Positions 1 through 13,044 of a stretch of 64,000 bases of DNA are shown here, one piece after another; the stretch's first letter is position 1, and each line of letters starts with the position of its first letter. The DNA is taken from assembly GCA_002269645.1 (NCBI GenBank), contig NIVC01001787.1, positions 1-64,000 of the forward strand, written 5' to 3'. This DNA comes from Macrostomum lignano. Taxonomy: Eukaryota. The notes under the pieces were generated by a model. That model searched no databases. It saw only the letters and a program-made list of their open reading frames with translations, and was not told the origin of the DNA. A program made the translations under genes and the position numbers.

Positions 1-280
1 CACGCCACAACACAGGGTTCGCCACTTGCCAACTCAATTTCAAAGGGACCAGGTTCGAGCCTCTTGTACGACAACTGTTGATGACGTAATTGCTAGACAC
101 CGTGAAGAAGGGATGGATATCGATTCAACGGAGCCTGAAGTCCGCGCTCATATTTTGCTAGTAAAATGGGCAATGAAAAGAGAGCCAAAGCACTCGTGAA
201 ACGTTAGGGGATTTTTGAAGGCCGATTTTTTCTAGAAAGTTGAGACACAAGAATTAAGACAGTAGGAGAGGGTAGGTACT

Positions 281-493
281 CAGCTACTGACTCCCGGGTC
301 ATTGAGTGAGCTGCTCAGCTATCCTCACCCGGGTCAATGAGTGAGCTGCTCAGCTATCCTCACCCGGGTCATTGAGTGAGCTGCTCAGCTATCCTCACCC
401 GGGTCAATGAGTGACCTGCTCAGCTATCCTCACCCGGGTCATTGAGTGAGCTGCTCAGCTATCCTCACCCGGGTCACTGAGTGAGCTGCTCAG
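281..493. repeat. 35-bp minisatellite (CAGCTATCCTCACCCGGGTCATTGAGTGAGCTGCT), ~6 copies
   Basis: Unit recurs at 301, 336 and 371. Confidence 0.95.
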
Positions 494-907
494 GTACATG
501 TACAATAGTTTTTCAAAGAAATTCCTAAATGCAAGATATGCTAAATTAAATAAAAACTGGAACAAAATAGCAGAATAAATTAATAAATTCAAAAGATCTG
601 CACTGAGGCGTGTCAGAACCAGACAAGCATAAACCAACTGCATGGGCTGCATAAGTTTAACACCTTTTTATGTGATTCAAGTTGAGACGCAACGGAGCGG
701 TGAAAAACAGCAGGTTTGTGTGGAATTTTTTGACAGTCCTGACAAATGGCTCTCACTATATGGTGCACATCGGGAATGATGTGATGACATGCGCGCGCGC
801 GGCAAGTGTCTGCTGAACTCTTTTGCATACATTTTCGTATTCAGCTTCGATAAACAATTTGAAAATTGGGCATCTCCGCCTCAAGCAATGGGCCGATTAA
901 AAATTTT

Positions 908-1443
908 GGCGCCCTTTGGTGCTGGCGTCCCATGGTGCTGGCGCCCCTTGGTGCTGGCGCCCCTTGGTGCTGGCGCCCCTTGGTGCTGGCGCCCCTTGGT
1001 GCTGGCGCCCTTGGTGCTGGCGCCCCTTGGTGCTGGCGCCCCTTGGTGCTGGCGCCCCTTGGTGCTGGCGCCCCTTGGTGCTGGCGCCCCTTGGTGCTGG
1101 CGCCCCTTGGTGCTGCGCCCCTTGGTGCTGGCGCCCCTTGGTGCTGGCGCCCTTGGTGCTGGCGCCCCTTGGTGCTGGCGCCCCTTGGTGCTGGCGCCCC
1201 TTGGTGCTGGCGCCCCTTGGTGCTGGCGCCCCTTGGTGCTGGCGCCCCTTGGTGCTGGCGCCCCTTGGTGCTGGCGCCCCTTGGTGCTGGCGCCCCTTGG
1301 TGCTGGCGCCCCTTGGTGCTGGCGCCCCTTGGTGCTGGCGTCCCTTGGTGCTGGCGCCCCTTGGTGCTGGCGCCCCTTGGTGCTGGCGCCCCTTGGTGCT
1401 GGCGCCCCTTGGTGCTGGCGCCCCTTGGTGGCTGGCGCCCCTT
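908..1443. repeat. 16-bp GC-rich minisatellite (GGTGCTGGCGCCCCTT), ~33 copies
   Basis: Direct tandem array; accounts for the overlapping ORFs on both strands. Confidence 0.97.
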
Positions 1444-2597
1444 GCCAGGCAAAAGCATCACACAATGGCGCCACTCAACAAAAAATGCTTCAATGCTGCA
1501 CCATTGAATGTCAGTTGGTATGAGCGTACAATCAGCTCGTAGGCTTTTATTATCCTGTACATCTCGAGAACACGTACATGTACAAGCTTATACGCATGAG
1601 GTGACACCAAAATGCCACCAAAGGGTAAAAACTATCAAGAATAAGAATGCTAGCTTAGCTTTAGCAGTTCCATTATTTAACAGTTTTAGCCATAGAAATG
1701 CAGTCACGCGGCACAGAAGTAATGTCACAGTCTGCGGGACTGTAATTTAATTCTTACTATTCGTTTCCCTTTTCCCAGTCAGCCAGTCCCTAAGCCGACT
1801 TGCCCATCAATTTAGTTATTTTCCAGTCCGATGCCTTTTATTACCTTGGCTGCGCCACAGCCTCGGGGCATCGTTTAACACGATCTTAAAACGATCGACT
1901 TTCCTAAAAAACCTACAAGAAAAGTCGATTGCAAAAGACAGACCTCCTATTGAGCAGCATGGAGACTCGCTAGGGGTTGAGCAGTGGATGAGGCGAGTCA
2001 GGTTTGAACTCAGCAGGGGAGCACGAGTTATCATTCTCAGATTTTTTCGTGAGGAATGGTGAAAGTCTCTCTCTCTATCGAATAATCGGAAACAAGAAAA
2101 AATCTGAGCCAGAGCTCAGGTGCCCACTAAACTGCGCTAATTGCACACCTTGAGCAGAATCCGCTTGACAACCAATAACAAGTGGTCAAAAGGGTGACCA
2201 TCTGCCTCCGAGCCTCTCATACCTGCCGTTATTATTATTATCTCGAATTCAACATCAGACTGACAATTATTGTCTTTCTAGAAAATTGCGCAACAACAAT
2301 GCCAAGCCACTGCCAAGCCACTTGACCTGCCAGTTGCTAGAATCAAAGTCTTCATCAGAGTCTAAACGCAATTTTTTTGCAGTCAAATCAAACAGAGAAA
2401 AAATTAAAAGATAACAAAAGCGTTTTAACATCGTGTATTTTCTAAAGAGTGACTTCGTGCAAACTGCCAATAGCTTTACAAGAATTGCTTTATGTAGTTG
2501 AGGCGGTTGCTTGTAAATACCCTTAGGTAAAAGGTTTATTTAAGAACACAGACAGAATCCAGCATCACAAATGAATATGACCATGAATGAACATAGA

Positions 2598-4402
2598 TAT
2601 TTCTCAGGGGTGTGTAATATAGAGTGGCGATTTCTCAGGGGTGTGTAATATAGAGTGGCGATTTCTCAGGGGTGTGTAATATAGAGTGGCGATTTCTCAG
2701 GGGTGTGTAATATAGAGTGGCGATTTCTCAGGGGTGTGTAATATAGAGTGGCGATTTCTCAGGGGTGTAATATAGAGTGGCGATTTCTCAGGGGTGTGTA
2801 ATATAGAGTAGCGATTTCTCAGGGGTGTGTAATATAGAGTGGCGATTTCTCAGGGATGTGTAATATAGAGTAGCGATTTCTCAGGGGTGTGTAATATAGA
2901 GTAGCGATTTCTCAGGGATGTGTAATATAGAGTGGCGATTTCTCAGGGGTGTGTAATATAGAGTGGCGATTTCTCAGGGGTGTGTAATATAGAGTGGCGA
3001 TTTCTCAGGGGTGTGTAATATAGAGTGGCGATTTCTCAGGGGTGTGTAATATAGAGTGGCGATTTCTCAGGGGTGTGTAATATAGAGTGGCGATTTCTCA
3101 GGGGTGTGTAATATAGAGTGGCGATTTCTCAGGGGTGTGTAATATAGAGTGGCGATTTCTCAGGGGTGTGTAATATAGAGTGGCGATTTCTCAGGGGTGT
3201 GTAATATAGAGTGGCGATTTCTCAGGGTGTGTAATATAGAGTGGCGATTTCTCAGGGGTGTGTAATATAGAGTGGCGATTTCTCAGGGGTGTGTAATATA
3301 GAGTGGCGATTTCTCAGGGGTGTGTAATATAGAGTGGCGATTTCTCAGGGGTGTGTAATATAGAGTGGCGATTTCTCAGGGGTGTGTAATATAGAGTAGC
3401 GATTTCTCAGGGGTGTGTAATATAGAGTGGCGATTTCTCAGGGATGTGTAATATAGAGTAGCGATTTCTCAGGGGTGTGTAATATAGAGTAGCGATTTCT
3501 CAGGGATGTGTAATATAGAGTGGCGATTTCTCAGGGGTGTGTAATATAGAGTGGCGATTTCTCAGGGGTGTGTAATATAGAGTGGCGATTTCTCAGGGGT
3601 GTGTAATATAGAGTGGCGATTTCTCAGGGGTGTGTAATATAGAGTGGCGATTTCTCAGGGGTGTGTAATATAGAGTGGCGATTTCTCAGGGTGTGTAATA
3701 TAGAGTGGCGATTTCTCAGGGGTGTGTAATATAGAGTGGCGATTTCTCAGGGGTGTGTAATATAGAGTGGCGATTTCTCAGGGACTGTGAAATAGAGTGG
3801 CGATTTCTCAGGGGTGTGTAATATAGAGTGGCGATTTCTCAGGGGTGTGTAATATAGAGTGGCGATTTCTCAGGGGTGTGTAATATAGAGTGGCGATTTC
3901 TCAGGGACTGTGTAATATAGAGTGGCGATTTCTCAGGGGTGTGTAATATAGAGTGGCGATTTCTCAGGGGTGTGTAATATAGAGTGGCGATTTCTCAGGG
4001 GTGTGTAATATAGAGTGGCGATTTCTCAGGGGTGTGTAATATAGAGTGGCGATTTCTTAGGTGTGTAATATAGAGTGGCGATTTCTCAGGGGTGTGTAAT
4101 ATAGAGTGGCGATTTCTCAGGGGTGTGTAATATAGAGTGGCGATTTCTCAGGGGTGTGTAATGTAGAGCGGCGATTTTTCAGGGGTGTGTAATATAGAGT
4201 GGCGATTTCTCAGGGGTGTGTAATGTAGAGCGGCGATTTTTCAGGGGTGTGTAATATAGAGTGGCGATTTCTCAGGGGTGTGTAATATAGAGTGGCGATT
4301 TCTCAGGGACTGTGTAATATAGAGTGGCGATTTCTCAGGGGTGTGTAATATAGAGTGGCGATTTCTCAGGGGTGTGTAATATAGAGTGGCGATTTCTCAG
4401 GG
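2598..4402. repeat. 31-bp minisatellite (GATTTCTCAGGGGTGTGTAATATAGAGTGGC), ~58 copies
   Basis: Period 31 (2641 to 2672); highly homogeneous. Confidence 0.98.
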
Positions 4403-5243
4403 CGTGTACATAAGATACGTAGAGGACTGTCAATAAGGTGATAAATAATTTTCTCAAAGTTGATTACTCTGGGTGCAGTTTTAATCAGCAAAGTTGCATG
4501 GAACACCATTTACGAATAGATCAGAGAGTATCTGCTAATTAACCCTGCCGTTTATGACAATAACTCTGCCAGACTTGTATAGGCAAATATGACAGTAGTC
4601 AGTAGTCAGTAGTATATAAATAGTCATAAAAAATTACGAAAATTAGCCGGAAATAACTAGAAATAAATAAATGAAACAAATAAACAATAAGCATTTACCG
4701 AGTCATGCTACTGGAGTGAGTAGTCATGAAAGCATAGTTACTGCTATTCATAATTGTTCAACATTGATGGGGGCAGAGACCAGACAGTCGCTTTGAAATG
4801 CAACAGGAGTAATCTTAGTTAACACTGGAACACTTGCAGCTTGAACTTTTGAGCGGACTAAAACTGATGACGCAGTGCACAGGTAATTTGTTATTAAAGT
4901 GCATTCTGTATCAGCAAACTGCCAACTGAGTGAAGCAAATATGAATTTAAAAAAATCTTCAAACTAAAACAAATATGGAAACAGTTGATAAGTTTAGCTG
5001 GTTTCTCCAACTAGAATTCAACTTGCTTTGGTAGCAAAAAACATTGAAAAGTGCAAACAATAACGGGCCATCGTGATAGCGAAAGCAGACACCAGTGTGA
5101 AGGGTGCAGGCATTTTAGCTGGAATACTTGTCTCTTGCACTGCAGCGCTCATGTTTACCGTATATGCCATTGCGATTCCCGGACAATCGGCTGTCAAAGA
5201 GAAAACACTGTTGCAACAGAAAAATGCAATATAATAAAACTTA

Positions 5244-7256
<2,013 letters not shown>

Positions 7257-7648
7257 TTAAAACTAAAAAAGCTCTGAAACAGCAGTCATGGCTACTAACA
7301 GCAGTCATAAACAGTAGCGCCTCAATTCCTCATAAACAACAGGCAAACAAATGAAGAACCGACAGAGCAGGCAAAGCATCTGTAAAATCGAATGCTAGCA
7401 ATAAACAGCAATACAGACTTTATGGACAAATAGCCAACAATAGAAAGCAACACTGGCAATTACAGATTTCTGTAATGACTATATTATAATAACTAAAGAT
7501 GGGCCACTCAGAACATTTGCGTGTAATCTACTTACAGTTCAGTAGTAAGTTAAATTGAAGCATTTAAATGTATTTTCAAGACAACACTCATTTATAGGCT
7601 CTCTGACTCCAATCGCATAAATCTCTGCTAACACCCCACAGCAAATTT

Positions 7649-7654
7649 TTTATT
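7649..7654 (-). terminator. Candidate polyadenylation signal (AATAAA) of the FAM53-like gene
   Basis: TTTATT on + strand, ~400 bp past the stop codon. Confidence 0.4.
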
Positions 7655-8045
7655 GCCTTTCTCGATGTGTTCCAGCCTATAAGCTGCCTGCCGATGTACA
7701 TTGTACATTCTCAGCGACGCTGGCTGGTGTACATTAACGGCTGCACCGATGGCAAGCTGTTTGCAGTCTGCAAGTCACTTTAGAAATTTTTTAAAGGCCG
7801 ACTTTACACTAAAATATACACTACAGAGATAGGAACATTGTTCTATCCTTGCTACTGAACTCAAAGTAGAGAGAAACTGTTGCAAGCAAGCCTATACTGA
7901 CAAGTTATTTATAAACATATTGTATCTGAGCTTTTGGTCTGGCTCCAAGTCCAAGCAAAGGAATGCAGCGGAACAGGCTGAAGAAGCGCAGAGGCTGGAG
8001 TTGAGGAGGGATGAAGGACCGATGCTTGGCGAGCTCTCAAGCTCA

Positions 8046-8758
8046 CTACAAGTCCTGCTCAATCTCATCAACATCGAGCTCGCCGCCTCCCCCTGTTCTG
8101 TCCTCGGCATCGTCTGGGTCTTCCGCGCCGCAGCTGCTCTCGGACGGTGCCCGATCCGACCAGGAGGTCGGCGAGTCACGACCGCGGCTGCCGGCAACAG
8201 CGAAGCCGAAGCCGCAGACTCCGGACGCCGGCGTTGTCGGCGTTGCCGGTAGCGACGTGTCGGCGATGCGCGGCAGGCCAACAAGGAAGCTGCGCCCGGT
8301 GCTGGGCAGCGGATGCAGTTCGGCCTGCAGCCGGGCCGTGGCGCTGGCCGCCGCAGCCGCCGCCAAGGCTTCGTCCGAGGACTCGCTGAGCCGCGTGTCC
8401 GACGCGCTGGGCCGGACACCGCCGATGACGTCTCCGACACCGCTGCCGCCGCTTCCGCTGGGGGTTCGCCGACGACGAGAGGAGGCGGCGGTGGCCGCAG
8501 TCGGCGAGTCGACTCGAAGGCTGATGGCGTCGAGGCCTGCGGCGAGCCGCTGGCAGGCCGGCCGGAGCGGCACCGGGCGGACCAGCGCTTGGCCGCCGCG
8601 CAGCGACAGGGACCGGCACTGACGTTTCGGCGGCATCAGCGGCGGGCTGGCGGACGAGGCGGCGCCGTCGCTTTGGGCGCCGCTTGAACCGCCGCTAACA
8701 GCGGCGGCGTCCAGAGACTTTGGCGACAAATTAGACAGGGTTCCGGCTGGGCGGCGGG
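8046..8758 (-). CDS. FAM53: FAM53/simplet-like protein, last (main) coding exon
   Basis: Contains PPKRQCRSLS (cf. FAM53B PPSKRQCRSLS) and ends GELDVDEIEQDL* (cf. FAM53 C-terminal GELDIEQIE). Pyrimidine-rich acceptor with tandem AGs at 8763/8759. Family match is from memory. Confidence 0.7.
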
Positions 8759-8879
8759 CTGGCTGGAGGGGACAGGAAAGAGAGAGAGAGAATAATGGTT
8801 GCGGTTTTCCGTATCAGATGCCCAGATAACCTGCTCATATCCGCCCACCTGCGTTAGCCTGGGCTAAATACTGTCTCAC

Positions 8880-8886
8880 CTGACAT
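8880..8886 (-). CDS. Candidate first coding micro-exon (ATGTCAG) of the FAM53-like gene
   Basis: ATG TCA G|gtgaga strong donor. Splicing to the AG at 8759-8760 gives an in-frame 239-aa protein starting MSARRPAG (121-bp intron). Confidence 0.4.
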
Positions 8887-8887
8887 T

Positions 8888-10340
8888 AATTCCCCTCTGC
8901 TGCTCTATCACCTGTGCCTGAGAATTCCCCTCTGCTGCTCTATCACCTGTGCCTGAGAATTCCCCTCTGCTGCTCTATCACCTGTGCCTGAGAATTCCCC
9001 TCTGCTGCTCTATCACCTGTGCCTGAGAATTCCCCTCTGCTGCTCTATCACCTGTGCCTGAGAATTCCCCTCTGCTGCTCTATCACCTGTGCCTGAGAAT
9101 TCCCCTCTGCTGCTCTATCACCTGTGCCTGAGAATTCCCCTCTGCTGCTCTATCACCTGTGCCTGAGAATTCCCCTCTGCTGCTCTATCACCTGTGCCTG
9201 AGAATTCCCCTTCTGCTGCTCTATCACCTGTGCCTGAGAATTCCCCTCTGCTGCTCTATCATCTGTGCCTGAGAATTCCCCTTCTGCTGCTCTATCACCT
9301 GTGCCTGAGAATTCCCCTCTGCTGCTCTATCACCTGTGCCTGAGAATTCCCCTTCTGCTGCTCTATCATCTGTGCCTGAGAATTCCCCTCTGCTGCTCTA
9401 TCACCTGTGCCTGAGAATTCCCCTTCTGCTGCTCTATCACCTGTGCCTGAGAATTCCCCTTCTGCTGCTCTATCACCTGTGCCTGAGAATTCCCCTCTGC
9501 TGCTCTATCACCTGTGCCTGAGAATTCCCCTCTGCTGCTCTATCACCTGTGCCTGAGAATTCCCCTCTGCTGCTCTATCACCTGTGCCTGAGAATTCCCC
9601 TCTGCTGCTCTATCACCTGTGCCTGAGAATTCCCCTTCTGCTGCTCTATCACCTGTGCCTGAGAATTCCCCTCTGCTGCTCTATCACCTGTGCCTGAGAA
9701 TTCCCCTCTGCTGCTCTATCACCTGTGCCTGAGAATTCCCCTCTGCTGCTCTATCACCTGTGCCTGAGAATTCCCCTCTGCTGCTCTATCACCTGTGCCT
9801 GAGAATTCCCTCTACTGCTCTATCACCTGTGCCCGAGAATTCCCCTCTGCTGCTCTATCACCTGTGCCTGAGAATTCCCCTTCTGCTGCTCTATCATCTG
9901 TGCCTGAGAATTCCCCTTCTACTGCTCTATCATCTGTGCCTGAGAATTCCCCTTCTGCTGCTCTATCACCTGTGCCTGAGAATTCCCCTTCTGCTGCTCT
10001 ATCACCTGTGCCTGAGAATTCCCCTCTGCTGCTCTATCACCTGTGCCTGAGAATTCCCCTCTGCTGCTCTATCACCTGTGCCTGAGAATTCCCTCTGCTG
10101 CTCTATCATCTGTGCCTGAGAATTCCCCTTCTGCTGCTCTATCATCTGTGCCTGAGAATTCCCCTTCTGCTGCTCTATCATCTGTGCCTGAGAATTCCCC
10201 TCTGCTGCTCTATCATCTGTGCCTGAGAATTCCCCTCTGCTGCTCTATCACCTGTGCCTGAGAATTCCCCTCTGCTGCTCTATCACCTGTGCCTGAGAAT
10301 TCCCTCTACTGCTCTATCACCTGTGCCTGAGAATTCTCCT
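8888..10340. repeat. 35/36-bp minisatellite (GAGAATTCCCCTCTGCTGCTCTATCACCTGTGCCT), ~41 copies
   Basis: Direct tandem array. Confidence 0.97.
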
Positions 10341-11334
10341 TTCTGTAAGACACTCTCTTCCCTACCTATTCCTGAGAATTCCTCTCTGTGAGACACTCTC
10401 TCTTCATCTATACCTGAGAATTCCTGCTCGCTCTGTGAGATGCAAGCTACTCTCTAGACAGTATTGTGATAGGTAAAAGCAGTAGACAAAATCTGGCACT
10501 TACAACTCTAGAAGCAGCGAAAAAGACCGAAAAAGAATAGGGAAACAGTCTCCACTCAGATAGAAACGTCAACCTTCCTCATCTATGAGAATCAGTTCAG
10601 CTTAGCAACTATTTGCCCAAGCATTTTGTCTATTCAAAAGCTTACCCTACACCTACCCCACCCTCTCCTTCATCACTGAAGTCAGTCGAATCATCCAATC
10701 AGGGGTAGCTGAAGACAGGCAGCACTGGGAAATCTTCAAAGCAGCATCAATAAGATACAACAGCAGCAGCAGTAGCAGCTTAATTAGCAGGTTGAACGAG
10801 CTGAGCCTTCAGAGTCTTAGCCTTATATATATATATATCTACTGCACAAATTCTATCCCACTAACCGGACCAGTCTGCACCGAGGGGGCTGCACGAAACA
10901 CGGCGCGCATAGAGAAAAAAATTTGGGATTGCTATTGGGGGAAAAGTAGCAAAGTAGCCGAAGTCGCGGGTCGCATATACAGGGGGAATGCAACATGCTC
11001 AATGCGGACTCACCTCTACCCCCCCCTACCCGACCATCTCTCCTGTGAAGTTAAAGAAAGAAGGCCTCACCTACTCGCAAGACAGAAAGAGAGAGAGAGA
11101 GAAATAGGATTTCTTGCAGCTTCAACGACTATTAGAGCATAGCTAATTAGCCCATGGGATTAGCCAATTCGCCAAGTAATTACAGTGCAGTAGCTCAAGA
11201 AAGTTTTTTTTTCTATCCGCCAGCTTGTTTTTTAGATAGCCTTTGACTGTTCAATTAGCTTGCAGTGTAAATACGTTCTGCCTGGATAGCCGCATCCTCT
11301 AACAAGAAGTCAGCTTGATGCAAGAATCCAGGAG

Positions 11335-12092
11335 GCTGGCACAGCAACAGATCTGACTCAGCAACTGAGGACCTGGGAGGCTGGCTCAGCAACAGATCTG
11401 ACTCAGCAACTGAGGATCTGGGAGGCTGGCTCAGCAACTGAGGATCTGGGAGGCTGGCCCAGGAACAGAGGATCTGGGAGGCTGGCTCAGCAACTGAGGA
11501 TCTGGGAGGCTGGCCCAGGAACAGAGGATCTGGGAGGCTGGCTCAGCAACAGAGGATCTGGGAGGCTGGCTCAGCAACAGAGGATCTGGGAGGCTGGCCA
11601 GCAACTGAGGATCTGGGAGGCTGGCCCAGCAACTGAGGATCTGGGAGGCTGGACCAGCAACTGAGGATCTGGGATGTCAGCCCAGCAACTGAGGATCTGG
11701 GAGGGTGGCCCAGCAACTGGGGATCTGGAATGCTCGCCCAGCAACTGAGGATCTGGGATGTCAGCCCAGCAACTGAGGATCTGGGAGGGTGGCCCAGCAA
11801 CTGAGGATCTGGGAGGCTGGACCAGCAACTGAGGATCTGGGATGTCAGCCCAGCAACTGAGGATCTGGGAGGGTGGCCCAGCAACTGAGGATCTGGGAGG
11901 CTGGACCAGCAACTGAGGATCTGGGATGTCAGCCCAGCAACTGAGGATCTGGGAGGGTGGCCCAGCAACTGGGGATCTGGAATGCTCGCCCAGCAACTGA
12001 GGATCTGGGATGTCAGCCCAGCAACTGAGGATCTGGGAGGGTGGCCCAGCAACTGGGGATCTGGAATGCTCGCCCAGCAACTGAGGATCTGG
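11335..12092. repeat. 28-bp minisatellite (AGCAACTGAGGATCTGGGAGGCTGGCCC and variants)
   Basis: Tandem array; reverse complement of the FIG4 intron 1 array. Confidence 0.95.
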
Positions 12093-12825
12093 GTTTGAAG
12101 CTTTTGAACACAAATTTGAAGGACTTGTAACTACTAGAGCATTCATTCATCTCTTACTCTTATCTGTTTCCGAGAGCAAATATTTGCTCTATGCACCGAT
12201 AGTACGCCTCCTATATGTCTCTTCTAGAGGAAGAGCGAAGGAAACAAAAATACGAATTGCTCTTTAAATGTGCCCTCTATAAGATAGCGAATATCTTTCT
12301 TAGCCGGCTGAGTTCGATGAGTCGGAATATTGCGATAGATTTACTGCTAAATGCGGGAGAAAAAACACCCTAATGCAACCTTGCATTGATAGCAAAATAT
12401 ATAACAACCCCCGTCCCCCCCCCCAAATTGCCCAGGAAATTGAAGAGTCCTGCCAAATCAAAGGCAAGGATCTAGATTGCGCGGACCTATTATTATTCGT
12501 CATCACCATAGTAAACAGTCATATTTGTAATAATACTAAATAAAGTAGATCCACTGCAATCCCAGAACAAGCTATCCCCAATTGGACTAGAAATTTTCCC
12601 CCGAGTGCCGGAATTGGGACAGAACCCCCTGTCCATTCCAACCCTACCCGAACCTCGGAGTGGCGAACTCTGCCGGACCGACTAACCAACCGACTGAATT
12701 ATATAGGGGGGATTTCCAGGACGCAGCTCAGCGTGATTAGAGGAAGGAAAGAGGGCCAAGTGAAAGCGCGAGGCTCTGATTTGCATAACTGGCCAAGTTT
12801 TGCCAAGCGTCCTCCGTAGTCCTTT

Positions 12826-13044
12826 TTATATCTGAACTGAATCTGACCGGCAGCCCGAAGGATTGGCTGGTCCTGTTAGCAAGTATTTCAGCTTACTGCT
12901 GCTGCTGATTGCTAGTGTTGCTATGCGTGACATGCATTTAGCTGCTCGACGCCTCACATCCCAGTGTCCCGTCATTTGGTCACAATCTAAACCACTGCTG
13001 CTGTCCGCTCTGGCAATTTGCACAGTCACAGTGGCGACTTCCTC
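12826..13044 (-). CDS. Possible exon of an unidentified gene (…WDVRRRAAKCMSRIA…)
   Basis: One open frame in unique sequence beside an array, with a possible gtaagc donor at ~12896. No family recognised. Confidence 0.2.
   Translation of the reverse strand, partial: EEVATVTVQIARADSSSGLDCDQMTGHWDVRRRAAKCMSRIATLAISSSSKLKYLLTGPANPSGCRSDSVQI

Noticed and set aside
789-1542. Overlapping ~200-aa ORFs on both strands
   Set aside because: They are translations of the stop-free 16-bp repeat.
12587-12634. Hairpin GGACAG…CTGTCC near CTAG as a Helitron 3' end
   Set aside because: The stem is only 6 bp, the spacing is long, and there is no 5' TC end or Rep/Hel sequence.
12826-13029. WDVRRRAAKC as a CAND1/HEAT repeat
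   Set aside because: It is one short motif with no supporting neighbouring exons.
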